Shown: positions 1 to 10,962 of the stretch, piece after piece
Position numbering within the stretch: position 1 is the stretch's first letter
Layout: every line of letters begins with the position of its first letter
From: an uncultured bacterium
Lineage (GTDB): Bacteria > Chloroflexota > UBA5177 > JANWHV01
Length of the DNA: 64,000 nt
Assembly (NCBI GenBank): GCA_963827235.1
Contig: CAWHAE010000009.1
Coordinates: 1-64,000 of the forward strand
Reading direction: 5' to 3'
Notes under the pieces: generated by a model
Seen by the model: only the letters and a program-made list of their open reading frames with translations
The model's database searches: none
Told to the model about the DNA's origin: nothing
Translations under genes and position numbers: made by a program

Positions 1-813
1 GTCGCGCGCGGGAGTCAGGCTCCAGCGCGCCTCCGTCTCAGCCAGGTGCGCGTACGCGGGGATGGAGAGGAGGCGGCGCTGGTGGCCCAGCGACTGCAGG
101 CAGGGCACCAGCTCGACGTAGCGCTCGCGGCAGTAAGCATCGAGCGCCACGATCTCCTCCGGCGTGAGCGCACCCCATTCGCGCCCGATGTCGGGATGGC
201 TGCGGAAGGCAAACGTATCCTCGACGTAGAGCTGCAGCATGTTCAGCTTGAAGGAGGCGATGACGTCGACCAGACGGCGCAGCGTGGCCAGGGTCGGCAC
301 CTTGCCGCGCGAGACGTCGAGCATGATGCCGCGGTGGCGAAATACCGGCCCGTCGGCGATGCGCAACCCGGGCACGTTGCCCTCTGCCTGGGCCAGGATC
401 TGTGTCAGCGTCCGCGCACCGTGGGCTAGACCGGCGGGTGATGCTCCCCACACGGCAATACCCTCACCCGCCACCGTGAGGCTGTAGCCTTCGCCAGTAT
501 CCGTGCCCCCGTCGGCATACGGCCAGGCCGGCACCTCGCCGGCGCCCGGGCTGCCGCGGAAGATCTCCTCATCCCGGCCACGCACGGCCAGTACCACGGT
601 GTTCGCCGTGCTCGAGCAGCGCCGGAGCGGCTGAATGGCAGCGGCTACGCCCCGATCGAGCAACGCGGCCTGCACCTCCCGCGCGGCGATCCATTCGCCG
701 GCCCCGGCCGCGTGCGACAGCGCGACGCTCAGGCCGGCGTGCAAGGGAAAGCTCCCCTGAGTTTCCTCATAGATGGTCGGGGCCGGGATCAGGCTCAGCG
801 GCGTCCGCGGCAT
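1..813 (-). CDS. Glycoside hydrolase family 20 (beta-N-acetylhexosaminidase-like), runs off the window start
   Basis: Not in the ORF track because there is no stop in the window. Manual translation from ATG at 813 (AGGAGAG RBS upstream) gives MPRTPLSLIPAP...GYSLTV...IADGPVFRHRGIMLDVSRGKVP...LNMLQLYVED...VELVPCLQSLGH, which are GH20 motifs. Confidence 0.85.
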   Translation of the reverse strand, partial: MPRTPLSLIPAPTIYEETQGSFPLHAGLSVALSHAAGAGEWIAAREVQAALLDRGVAAAIQPLRRCSSTANTVVLAVRGRDEEIFRGSPGAGEVPAWPYADGGTDTGEGYSLTVAGEGIAVWGASPAGLAHGARTLTQILAQAEGNVPGLRIADGPVFRHRGIMLDVSRGKVPTLATLRRLVDVIASFKLNMLQLYVEDTFAFRSHPDIGREWGALTPEEIVALDAYCRERYVELVPCLQSLGHQRRLLSIPAYAHLAETEARWSLTPARD

Positions 814-1091
814 GGTCTTTGCTCTCCTGTGCTACTGCGAGATTCACCTGTGAGCTTACCAGTCCTCCCCTCCCACCGTGCGGCAGCACCGTGCCGCGGG
901 CTGACCTGGACTCTGTGATCCGGCGCTTCGGTCCGCCGATCCTGGGACCGCGGTCGTGTCGACCGCCTCCGGACATGCTCGGCACGGCTTCGATCGGCGC
1001 GAGACAACAAGCCGCCGTATCACAATGTCCAGGTGCGCCTCACTGCACCGGGACCCTTGCCAAGCATCCCAGACCCACCTAACCTCGGGAT

Positions 1092-1154
1092 ATGGAGGTG
1101 CAGCTCACGCCCGACCAGCAAGCCCTTGTCCGTCAGGCCATCGAAAGCGGCCCC
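1092..1154 (+). pseudogene. Possible N-terminal remnant of a ribbon-helix-helix (ParD-like) antitoxin
   Basis: MEVQLTPDQQALVRQAIESG resembles antitoxin N-termini, after which the frame degenerates; very short. Confidence 0.3.
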
Positions 1155-1287
1155 GTAGCCTCTGCGCCGCGCCTGCCTCTGCTCCAGTCCGCTGAGAGCG
1201 CAGACCACACGAGTTCCGGACGCGGGATGTACGCAGGCGCCTTCTCGTCGTCGCTCGTCTGCGGCTCGCGGGTTTCGCGAGCCTCCA

Positions 1288-1716
1288 CTAGAACAGCTCG
1301 CCGCGCAGCAGGCGGAAGAAGTAGTCCAGTCCGCCGGACGGCAGGCTCGACTCAACGATCCTGCCGTCCTTCAGACGGAGTATCTGCATGTCCGTGAAGC
1401 GGCCCATCCGGTGCGTCGGCGCCATGCCCGCGTATACGCCCTCGTGCGTGCCACGGAAGGTCACCTGCACGGCGACCATGTCGCCGTCGGCCACCAGGTT
1501 GTCGATCGTCACCGTGAGATCGGGCACCGCGGCCCGATACTCCTGCAGGAATGCCTTCACCTCCTCGGGCGTCCGGCGCTGCTCCGTCGGCCGCAGCTCG
1601 TTCCAGTACAGCACGTGCTCAGGGGCGAAGGCCTCGTCGATCGCGGCGAGGTCGCCTTTCGCCCATCCCTCTTCGTACAGGCGCCGCACGACCTGTTTGT
1701 TCTTTTCCTCACTCAT
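1288..1716 (-). CDS. SnoaL-like ester cyclase family protein
   Basis: MSEEKNKQVVRRLYEEGW...PDLTVTIDNLVADGDMVAV...GTHEG...DGRIVE; start moved to ATG 1716 behind an AGGAAGG RBS. Confidence 0.85.
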   Translation of the reverse strand: MSEEKNKQVVRRLYEEGWAKGDLAAIDEAFAPEHVLYWNELRPTEQRRTPEEVKAFLQEYRAAVPDLTVTIDNLVADGDMVAVQVTFRGTHEGVYAGMAPTHRMGRFTDMQILRLKDGRIVESSLPSGGLDYFFRLLRGELF

Positions 1717-1862
1717 ATCCGCCACCTTCCTCTCTGGAGGGCGCGCCTCGCCGGCAACTCGCACGCTTGCATCGCGCCACGATCAGCGGCCCTGAGCTTC
1801 AACTGTCCGCACCACATTGCAGGATGCCTGCCGGACCGCCTCTCCGGCCGCAAGGCGGGGTA

Positions 1863-2108
1863 TCACGAGTCAGGCGGCGGAATCTCACCTTCGGGCACGA
1901 CGCCGACGGTGAATTCCCGGGCAGCGAAGTCGCGCATCACGACGCGATAGACTGCTTTTCCCAGGGCACGCCTCACCACTCCGTCCTCACACACCAGACA
2001 GGCAGATTCGTCGAGGCCCCAGCCCACTGCCGTGTGCGTCATGGCCATGGTCTCCAGCACCCAGGGTAGCGCATTCCGCTCGCCAAGCTTGCGCACGCGG
2101 GACTCCAT
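1863..2108 (-). pseudogene. C-terminal fragment of a peptidase S51/cyanophycinase-like protein
   Basis: ERNALPWVLE...GWGLDESACLVCEDG matches the C-terminal G-x-G-[IL]-DE motif; the catalytic N-terminal part is missing. Confidence 0.45.
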
Positions 2109-2124
2109 AGGTCTGCTACCCTAA

Positions 2125-3325
<1,201 letters not shown>

Positions 3326-3386
3326 GCTCGCGCCCTGGCACTGGTCTGTCAATAGCTGAAACATCGCGCTCCCACCGACCGCTTGT

Positions 3387-4316
3387 CTATCGACGGAGAC
3401 GCCACGGCAGGTTCGCGCGAACGGCGCTCGCCGGCTCAGCCATGCGCAATGATGTCGCGATCAGCGTTCGTGCCCACGCCGCGATAGCCGGGCTGGCGGA
3501 GGCGACAAACTCCTGGCCGCGCGACACTGCCGTCAGCCGCGTCAGCCCGTCCGCGGCCATTGCCCAACGGCTTGCGGCGGTGTGATAGCTGAGGATCGCA
3601 CCGCTCTCGGGATGAAAGCAGGCGGGGAGGGACCAGTCTGTCAATCGTCTCGCCGCGGGCGCCGTGAGACGGAGAGCGGGGTGAAAGCCGAAGACGCCGG
3701 ATCCGGGCAGATCCGTGCCGCTCAGCCGCCGTCGCGCCATGTATACGCGGCACGTCTTGCCAAGATAGCCGTCTCGGAAGTGCGGAAACTCTGGCGCAAA
3801 CGGCGCACACTCGCCTGCGCCGGCATCCAGGACGGTGTCCACGTCGAGGTAGCCGTATATGGCGTGGAATGGACGTCCCATGAAGCCGAGACGTCCGTCC
3901 CGTACCTCTGTGCAGCGAAACAGGCCCCAAAACAGAAAGAGGTCACCGGTGCCGATGTCACGCGCGATCAGGTGGCTCACCGCGGCACCGGCCTGCCCGA
4001 ACAGCGGGCGCCAGCCTGGCCGTCGTGGGTAGCGCGCGGCCACCAGGTCGGGATCGAGATGGGCGCGGTGCTGCTCGTCGTAGCGCTGGTAGCCGAGCTC
4101 GTGCAGGAGATCGAGCAGCGTACCGGACTGCCAGGCGAGGTCCGCGTAGCGCACCGTGCAGTCACCGGCGTCGGGAATAGGAAGCGAGAGCATCGATCCA
4201 TCCGGGAGGATCGGACTTGGTCCGCCACCTGAGGCGGAGTCGAAGCCTTTCCGCGAGAGAACGACGCGCACCTGACGACCTGAAATCGCGCTTCCTCCAT
4301 CCACTGATCCAGCCAT
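3387..4316 (-). CDS. Nucleotide modification associated domain 3 (Nmad3) protein
   Basis: VVLSRKGFDSASGGGPSPILPDGSMLSLPIP, HLDPDL, FGQAGAA, GDLFLFWGLF and RGQEFV are characteristic Nmad3 blocks; the start is ATG 4316 or GTG 4271. Confidence 0.8.
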   Translation of the reverse strand: MAGSVDGGSAISGRQVRVVLSRKGFDSASGGGPSPILPDGSMLSLPIPDAGDCTVRYADLAWQSGTLLDLLHELGYQRYDEQHRAHLDPDLVAARYPRRPGWRPLFGQAGAAVSHLIARDIGTGDLFLFWGLFRCTEVRDGRLGFMGRPFHAIYGYLDVDTVLDAGAGECAPFAPEFPHFRDGYLGKTCRVYMARRRLSGTDLPGSGVFGFHPALRLTAPAARRLTDWSLPACFHPESGAILSYHTAASRWAMAADGLTRLTAVSRGQEFVASASPAIAAWARTLIATSLRMAEPASAVRANLPWRLRR

Positions 4317-4589
4317 GTCGTGAGTGTAGCAACGTGCCGCCGGTAGGCCGAGCCTCGGGCACTCTGCTTCCGCTGGCAGACCGGCCGGGTCGAGCACGAC
4401 GTCGAAGTCACGGCCCTGTCGACATGGCTGAGAGCCCTGCCGCCGCAGGAATCGTGATACCGTAATGGATGGTCTCGCTCCTGCCGGGAACACGCTGCTT
4501 CCGTGGGGCGTGACGACGAGGGGCCGGCGCGTGTCATCCCCGCGGGATGGCGCGGCGTGCCAGGCGAAGGTTTCGGGGGCGGAGCTGCA

Positions 4590-5840
4590 ATGATTCGTAT
4601 CGGCATAGTCGGCTGCGGGCGCATTCTCAATGCCCATCTGCAGGGATACAAGCTGCTGCGCGAGCACGGCGTGGACTCCTTCCGTATCACGGCACTCTGC
4701 AGCCGGAGTGAAGACGACGCCCGCATGTTCCTGCGGCGCGGCCAGGGCCCGGCGCCGCGCCGGCCCGTGATCGACCCCGAATCCGGGGATCCGCTCGCTG
4801 CGCCGCATACCTACTTGAGCGACTTTCAGGACGATGTCGAACCCCGCGTCTACACCGATTTTCGCGACATGCTTGCCGGCGGCCAGGTCGACGCCGTCAA
4901 CGACTTCACGACCCTGGCCCTGCACCACCAGGTCGGCGCCGCCGCGCTGGAAGCCGGCAAGCACCTGCTGGTTCAGAAACCGCTGGCAGTGTCGGTGCGG
5001 GCCGGCCGGAAACTGGTCGAATCGGCGCGCGCTCGCGGCCTCACCCTCGGCGTCTTCGAGAACGTGCGGCAGGAGGAGGACGTGCGGGCAATAGCCTGGG
5101 CGGTGCGCGCCGGACTGATCGGCCGCGTCCAGCTTGCCATGGCGGGCAGCCTGGGCGGACTCTGGTCCCCCGACCGGGTGGTGGCCGATACTGCGTGGCG
5201 GCACCAGAAGCTCCTGGGCGGCGGGGGAGGAAGCATCGACATCGGCGTCCATCAGATGCACTGGATGCGCTACGTGGTCGGTGAGATTGCCGCGGTAGGC
5301 GCGGTGGCGCGCACTATGGAGCCGGTGCGCTATCGGCGCGACGCCGCCATGCAGGTCGTGGAGCAGGTCGCCGCCGGCGTCGACGACACCTATCTCGCCA
5401 CCCTGGCCTTCGAGCAGGGCGCCGTGGGCCAGCTTCTGTGGTCGTGGGCCCTGCATGGCAAGCCGCTGGATATTCCCGGCGGCGCGATCGTCTTCGGCAG
5501 CAAGGGCAGCATCGCGGACGGACGGATAGTGCTCGACGACGGAGAGCAGCAATCCGTGGCACTGCGATTCGAGCAGGAGATGACGCCTGCCGAGCAAGCC
5601 GCGTTCTTTCCGCTGGATCTGCGCGACCCGTTCGCCATTCAGCAGCTCGACTGGCTGCGAGCCATCGAGAGGGGCGGAGATCCGGAGACGAGCGGGGCCG
5701 AAGGCTTGCGGGACCTGGCATGCGCCTACGCGATTCTCGAATCTTCATTGCTCGGCCGCCAGGTCACGGTGCAAGAGGTCCTGGATTACCGCGTCGACGC
5801 ATATCAGCAGGAAATCGATCGGCACTACGGCCTGGTATAG
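4590..5840 (+). CDS. Gfo/Idh/MocA family NAD(P)-dependent oxidoreductase
   Basis: MIRIGIVGCGRI Rossmann motif, AGKHLLVQKPLA, GGGSIDIGVH. Confidence 0.9.
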   Translation: MIRIGIVGCGRILNAHLQGYKLLREHGVDSFRITALCSRSEDDARMFLRRGQGPAPRRPVIDPESGDPLAAPHTYLSDFQDDVEPRVYTDFRDMLAGGQVDAVNDFTTLALHHQVGAAALEAGKHLLVQKPLAVSVRAGRKLVESARARGLTLGVFENVRQEEDVRAIAWAVRAGLIGRVQLAMAGSLGGLWSPDRVVADTAWRHQKLLGGGGGSIDIGVHQMHWMRYVVGEIAAVGAVARTMEPVRYRRDAAMQVVEQVAAGVDDTYLATLAFEQGAVGQLLWSWALHGKPLDIPGGAIVFGSKGSIADGRIVLDDGEQQSVALRFEQEMTPAEQAAFFPLDLRDPFAIQQLDWLRAIERGGDPETSGAEGLRDLACAYAILESSLLGRQVTVQEVLDYRVDAYQQEIDRHYGLV

Positions 5841-5944
5841 GATGGGCCGCGCTCGAGGGTTCTGGAAATCGTGCGCGCAGCAAGTGACTGCCACTATCGA
5901 CGGATGTTGTCTCTCGTTTACGGATGTTGGGAAGGATGCCGGAC

Positions 5945-7450
5945 ATGATCGTGCTCAATACAGGCGACTACCGTGACAAGGTGCTTGGCTGCTGGATGGG
6001 CAAGAACATCGGGGGCACGCTGGGCGCTCCTTTCGAGTGGAAGCGCCAGAAGAACGACGTCTCGTTCTACGTGCAGGAGTCGAGCGGGCAGCCTCTGCCG
6101 AACGACGACCTCGACATCCAGCTCCTCTGGCTGGTCGCCCTGGAAGAGCACGGTGTCCACATCGACGCCCAGACGCTGGGCGCCTACTGGATGATGTTCG
6201 TCACGCCCCACTGGGCAGAGTACGGCATCGCCAAGACGAACATGAAGGCCGGCTTGCCGCCACCGCTGAGCGGCATGGCCAACAACCCGTACAAGGATAG
6301 CTGCGGCGCCTTCATTCGTTCCGAGATCTGGGCCTGCATCGCGCCGGCTTTACCGGACGTGGCGGCGCGCTACGCCTACGAGGACGCGATCATCGACCAT
6401 GGCGACGGCGAGGGCATGTACGCGGAGGTCTTCTGCGCCGCCCTGGAGAGCGCGGCATTCATCGAATCGGATATCGACCGGCTGATCGAGATCGGCCTGT
6501 CGTACATCCCCGGCTCCTGCGGCGTGGCGCGGGCGGCGCGCGCCATGGTCGGCGACTATCGCGCCGGCAAGAGCTGGGAAGAGGCGCGCGATCATCTCCT
6601 GCGAGAGTATCGCGGCCGGGCTAACGAGTGGGGCGGCATTGCCCAGGAGGACCGCGACAAAGGGTTTGCCGACGGCCCGCTCGGCTGGGACGCTCCCAGC
6701 AATATAGGCATCGTGGTGATCGGCCTGCTGTACGGCGCCGGAGACTTCCAACGATCTCTCTGCGTCGCCGTCAACTGTGGCGAGGACACGGACTGCACCG
6801 GCGCCACGGTCGGCTCGATGTACGGCATCATCCACGGCGCGAAGACCATCCCGGAGCGATGGCTGGAGCCGATCGGTCGCGGCATCAAGACGGGAACGCT
6901 CAACCTGGGCGAGCTCGGCTACTACGGCGACCAGCTTCCGGCCACGCTCGATGTCCTGACCGATCGCGTCACCCGCATAGCGCAGCAGGTGATCCTGGCC
7001 AGGAACCTGCCGGTGACGCTGGTTGCCGACTGCGCCACGGCGGTCCCGGCGGAGGCCGTGCAGGCACTGCCGGCCGCGGATGCCGGACTGAGCGTGCACG
7101 GCAAGGCCGGCCGCACCGAGCACACGTTCGACTCCTTCTCCGTGCAGGTGGACTATGCAGGCAAAGCCGTGGTTCGGCCGGGGGAGCCGAAGCGCCTGCA
7201 GATCTTCATCGAGAACCGGTACAGGACACCCGAGCTGCTGCGCGTGCGCTGGTACGGGCCGGACGGGTGCACGATCTTGCCCGCCCACACCGCCACGGTG
7301 TTCGTCCCGTCCACGCCGCCGCGCTCGGCTTCGCTGCAGGTCGATGTCGTGCTCGAGAAGGTCGAGAGCACGAACCGCCTGGTGGCCGAGATCTCGGTGA
7401 ATGGGCGCAGCACCGTGATGCTCGTGCCGGTCGTCCTCTTGCAGGAGTAA
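5945..7450 (+). CDS. ADP-ribosylglycohydrolase family protein with a C-terminal extension
   Basis: DKVLGCWMGKNIGGTLGAPFE, PNDDLD, AVNCGEDTDCTGATVG. Confidence 0.9.
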   Translation: MIVLNTGDYRDKVLGCWMGKNIGGTLGAPFEWKRQKNDVSFYVQESSGQPLPNDDLDIQLLWLVALEEHGVHIDAQTLGAYWMMFVTPHWAEYGIAKTNMKAGLPPPLSGMANNPYKDSCGAFIRSEIWACIAPALPDVAARYAYEDAIIDHGDGEGMYAEVFCAALESAAFIESDIDRLIEIGLSYIPGSCGVARAARAMVGDYRAGKSWEEARDHLLREYRGRANEWGGIAQEDRDKGFADGPLGWDAPSNIGIVVIGLLYGAGDFQRSLCVAVNCGEDTDCTGATVGSMYGIIHGAKTIPERWLEPIGRGIKTGTLNLGELGYYGDQLPATLDVLTDRVTRIAQQVILARNLPVTLVADCATAVPAEAVQALPAADAGLSVHGKAGRTEHTFDSFSVQVDYAGKAVVRPGEPKRLQIFIENRYRTPELLRVRWYGPDGCTILPAHTATVFVPSTPPRSASLQVDVVLEKVESTNRLVAEISVNGRSTVMLVPVVLLQE

Positions 7451-7661
7451 CCGGCGCTCGCGCGCTGAAGCCGGCAGGATTGCCCGGGTGGGCCTTCTCC
7501 TGGGACCGCTCGGGTATCTTGCCTGCCCCGTTCGCCACCACGAGACCGGCCAAGCGCCCGTGATCCCGGTGCGATCGGTTCTCGCGCGCATGCACGAACG
7601 ATAGCAGCGTGGGGCTTTTGGCTGGAGGAAGCGTGCCGGGCGGCGATTGCCGCCCGGCACG

Positions 7662-8219
7662 CTACGGCCGTGGCGCTGGGTGCTCCGGCGCCAGACATTC
7701 CATGTAGATCGTGTCCCAGAGACGCCCGCCGGCAAACCGCGCCTGGTGCCGGCGACCGAATTCACGGTAACCGGCCTTGGTGTAGGCGCGGATTCCCGCC
7801 GCGTTGTATTCGAACACGGTCAGCATGATGTTGTGCAGCCCCAGGCAATCGAACCCGTATTTTGTCACCAGCGAGGTCGTCTCAGTGCCGTTACCCTTAC
7901 CGCGGGCATCCGCCTCGCCGATCAGGATGCCGAACGTGGCCGTGCGCGCCAGTGGATTGATGTCGTCCAGGCTCGTGGTCCCGATCGGCCGCAGACCGTC
8001 CTTCTCGTAAATCGTGAATGTCACGCCGTCGCTCTTACCCGCAAGAGCCGGCTCGAGCCAGTTCAGCTCGCGCTCGCATGTAATCGGCTCCTGGCGGATG
8101 CCGAGGTTCCTGACGGTCGAGAAGTCGTTGATCCAGCGCGTGTACGTATCCATGAGATCGCGTCGCAGCGGCCCGAGCGCAACCTTCTCGCCGGCGAGAT
8201 TGATGATCGGAGCTTCCAT
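7662..8219 (-). CDS. GNAT family N-acetyltransferase (RimJ/RimL-like)
   Basis: FGILIGEADARGKGNGTE...LTVFEYNAAGIRAYTKAGY. Confidence 0.9.
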   Translation of the reverse strand: MEAPIINLAGEKVALGPLRRDLMDTYTRWINDFSTVRNLGIRQEPITCERELNWLEPALAGKSDGVTFTIYEKDGLRPIGTTSLDDINPLARTATFGILIGEADARGKGNGTETTSLVTKYGFDCLGLHNIMLTVFEYNAAGIRAYTKAGYREFGRRHQARFAGGRLWDTIYMECLAPEHPAPRP

Positions 8220-8482
8220 GACTTCCTCGTGAATCCTCCTGCCCACTGATCGGTCACGGCTTCGCGCCAAGTCTCGATCCCGCGGTTGCCGCCCCCGGTC
8301 CGGCCATGGTAGCATGCTCCGTTGCGCCCCAGCCATAGGCCCGGACAGTCAAACCGCGCGCTTGCCTAACAGACTACGATCGCCTGCCCGGCCGCGTCCC
8401 GATCGCTCGGCGCGCTAAAATGCTGGCGGACACATACTGCGACGATAGGAAACGGCGATGCCGACGAGAAGTGAGGAAGACG

Positions 8483-9598
8483 ATGACGAACAGGGAGCGC
8501 GCTCTTGCCGTGCTCAACTATGGCTCTTACGACAGGCTGCCGATCGTGCATTTCGGCTACTGGGAAGAGACGCTCGAGAAGTGGCAGTCTGAGGGGCACA
8601 TCCCTCTCGAAGAGGCGAAGGGCTGGGCGGACGGCAACCAGTACGACCGCAGCATCGCAGCTCGGCTCGGATTCGACTTCAACTGGCTCACCTGCTGCAC
8701 GGGCGTTACCGGGCTGTTACCGGCCTTCGAGGAACGCGTGGTCGAGGAACGCGGGGACGGTGCGCGCCTGATACTCAACGTCGACGGTGTGATCGTCCTG
8801 CAGAAGGATGGCGTGCGCTCCATACCGGCCGAGGTGGAGCATACGCTCAAAGACCGTGCCAGCTGGGAGGAGCACTATCTTCCCAGGCTGCAGAACGCGG
8901 AGACGCGAATCGAGCCGCGCGTGCTGATGGAGCTGGGCGATGCGCAGGATCGCGATACCCCGATCGGCATCCATTGCGGCAGCCTGTTCGGCAAGATCCG
9001 CGATTGGTGCGGCCTGGTCGGCCTGAGCTACCTGCTTGCCGACGACGAAGAGCTGGTCGACGAGATCATCGTTACCGTGGCCGACCTTTGCTACGCCGTC
9101 GTCGCCGGCGTGCTCGCTTCAGGCGTCGACTTCGACTTCGGGCACTTCTGGGAAGACATCTGCTTCAAGAGCGGGCCGCTGATCAGTCCCGCCATGTTCG
9201 ACCGCAAGGTGGGGCCGCACTACGCCCGCATCACCCGGCTGCTGCGCGATCACGGCATCGGCATCGTGTCGCTGGACTGCGACGGCAAGATCGACAAGCT
9301 CATCCCGACATGGCTGCGGAACGGCGTGAATACCATGTTCCCCATCGAGGTGGGCACGTGGCAGGCCAGCATCAAGCCCTGGCGCGAGACCTACGGCCGG
9401 GACCTGCGAGGAGTAGGAGGCATGGACAAGCGCGTGTTCGCCCACGACCGCGCCGCGGTCGACGCGGAGGTCGAGCGCCTCCGCCCGCTGGTGGAGCTGG
9501 GAGGCTACATTCCCTGCCCGGACCATCGCATTGCCCCGGATGCCGTGTGGGACAACGTGCGCTACTACTGCGATCGCATGCGCGCGGTATTCGGGTAA
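8483..9598 (+). CDS. URO-D / methylcobamide:CoM methyltransferase (MT2) fold protein #1
   Basis: MTNRERALAVL...DRLP, FWEDICFKSGPLISP, SLDCDG, GGMDKR, GGYIPCPDHRI. Confidence 0.85.
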   Translation: MTNRERALAVLNYGSYDRLPIVHFGYWEETLEKWQSEGHIPLEEAKGWADGNQYDRSIAARLGFDFNWLTCCTGVTGLLPAFEERVVEERGDGARLILNVDGVIVLQKDGVRSIPAEVEHTLKDRASWEEHYLPRLQNAETRIEPRVLMELGDAQDRDTPIGIHCGSLFGKIRDWCGLVGLSYLLADDEELVDEIIVTVADLCYAVVAGVLASGVDFDFGHFWEDICFKSGPLISPAMFDRKVGPHYARITRLLRDHGIGIVSLDCDGKIDKLIPTWLRNGVNTMFPIEVGTWQASIKPWRETYGRDLRGVGGMDKRVFAHDRAAVDAEVERLRPLVELGGYIPCPDHRIAPDAVWDNVRYYCDRMRAVFG

Positions 9599-9646
9599 GC
9601 GGCCAGGCACCGCGGCCCCCGAGGCAGCAGCGCTAACCCTCCGCGT

Positions 9647-10948
9647 CTAGCGCAAGAACAGCTCCACCACCGGCACGACCACGTCCGGCTTGCGCACCGG
9701 CAGCTTGAGCACGAGGGTATCGCCAAGCCGCCTGGCGGGATCCAGGAACGTCGTCGCTTCGGGCCGCTCGTGCGAGGTGGCCAGCGCGATCTCGCTGCCG
9801 TCGTGCAGGAACTGCGCGTACTCCACCTTGCCGGCCAGGCCGTCCAGGTAGAGCGTCTCGAACGGCCAGGCAAAGACGTGCACGTACAGGCGCTTGCCGT
9901 TCTGCGTCAGGCGGCAGTTGGCCGGCTCGGGATACTCACTCTGCGTGCAACCGTAGATCGACCTGCCGTGCAGCGCCATCCAGTCGCCGTAGACCCGCAG
10001 CGCTTCCTGAGCGCGCCCGTCGAACGCGCCGCGCGCCGTGGGCCCCACGTTCATGATCAGGTTGCCGCCGAGGGCAACCGTGCTCACCAGTATCTGTATG
10101 AGCTGCGCCGGGCTCTTCCACGTCTCTTCGTCTCGGTGGTAGCCCCACGATCCGCTGAACGTGTGGCAAGCTTCCCAGATCACCGGCTTGCCGTCGACGT
10201 GAACCCAGGTGCGCGGCTCGAACTGCTCCGGCGTGTGGATGTCGACCTCACTCGGCGGAAGATCCGCGCGATCGTTGACCAGGATGCCGGGCTGCAGTTC
10301 GCGGACCGTCTTGAACAGGCGCTCGCTCTGCCAGTCGTCGCGGCCCTTGCCGCGCAAGCCCCGGTAGCGCTCGTTCGGGCTCGAGTAGTCGAACCAGATG
10401 ACGTCGATCTTGCCGAATCCGGTCAGCAGCTCCTGCACCTGGCCCAGCAGGTAGTCGGCGTACACGCGCACGTCTCGGTGCTCGTTCCAGGCGGATGCCT
10501 CGGGGTGATCGCGCATCGGATGGTACGGGTCCACGGGGTACTGGGGATGGTGCCAGTCGAGCAGCGAATGGTAAAAGCCGACCTTCAGACCGGCTTCGCG
10601 AAAGGCGTCGACATACGGCCGCACGACGTCCCGGCCATAGGGCGTGTTCGTCACCTTGTAGTCGGTCAGCTTGCTGTCCCAAAGGCAGAAGCCTTCATGA
10701 TGCTTGGTGGTGAGCACGGCGTACTTCATGCCCGCCTCGCGCGCGCTCTGCGCCCAAGCGCGAGGGTCGTAGAGATCCGGGTCGAAGTGGTCGAAGTACT
10801 TCTGATAGTCGGCGTCGCTGATGCGCTCGCGGCTCTTGACCCACTCGTGCCGGGCGGCAAGCGCATAGAGGCCGAAGTGAATGAACATGCCAAACCGGTC
10901 GTGCACGAACCACGTCGTGTCGCCCTTGGTTGGCTCCGGCTTCAGCAT
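9647..10948 (-). CDS. Alpha-L-fucosidase (GH29)
   Basis: WFVHDRFGMFIHFGLY, AGMKYAVLTTKHHEGFCLW, IWFDYS, GGNLIMNVGP. Confidence 0.93.
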   Translation of the reverse strand: MLKPEPTKGDTTWFVHDRFGMFIHFGLYALAARHEWVKSRERISDADYQKYFDHFDPDLYDPRAWAQSAREAGMKYAVLTTKHHEGFCLWDSKLTDYKVTNTPYGRDVVRPYVDAFREAGLKVGFYHSLLDWHHPQYPVDPYHPMRDHPEASAWNEHRDVRVYADYLLGQVQELLTGFGKIDVIWFDYSSPNERYRGLRGKGRDDWQSERLFKTVRELQPGILVNDRADLPPSEVDIHTPEQFEPRTWVHVDGKPVIWEACHTFSGSWGYHRDEETWKSPAQLIQILVSTVALGGNLIMNVGPTARGAFDGRAQEALRVYGDWMALHGRSIYGCTQSEYPEPANCRLTQNGKRLYVHVFAWPFETLYLDGLAGKVEYAQFLHDGSEIALATSHERPEATTFLDPARRLGDTLVLKLPVRKPDVVVPVVELFLR

Positions 10949-10962
10949 CGTGTTCTCCTTCT

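Noticed and set aside
4317-5597. Apparent 427-aa N-terminal extension of Nmad3 (736-aa ORF)
   Set aside because: The extension is mostly the antisense of the Gfo/Idh/MocA gene, so this is not a fusion.
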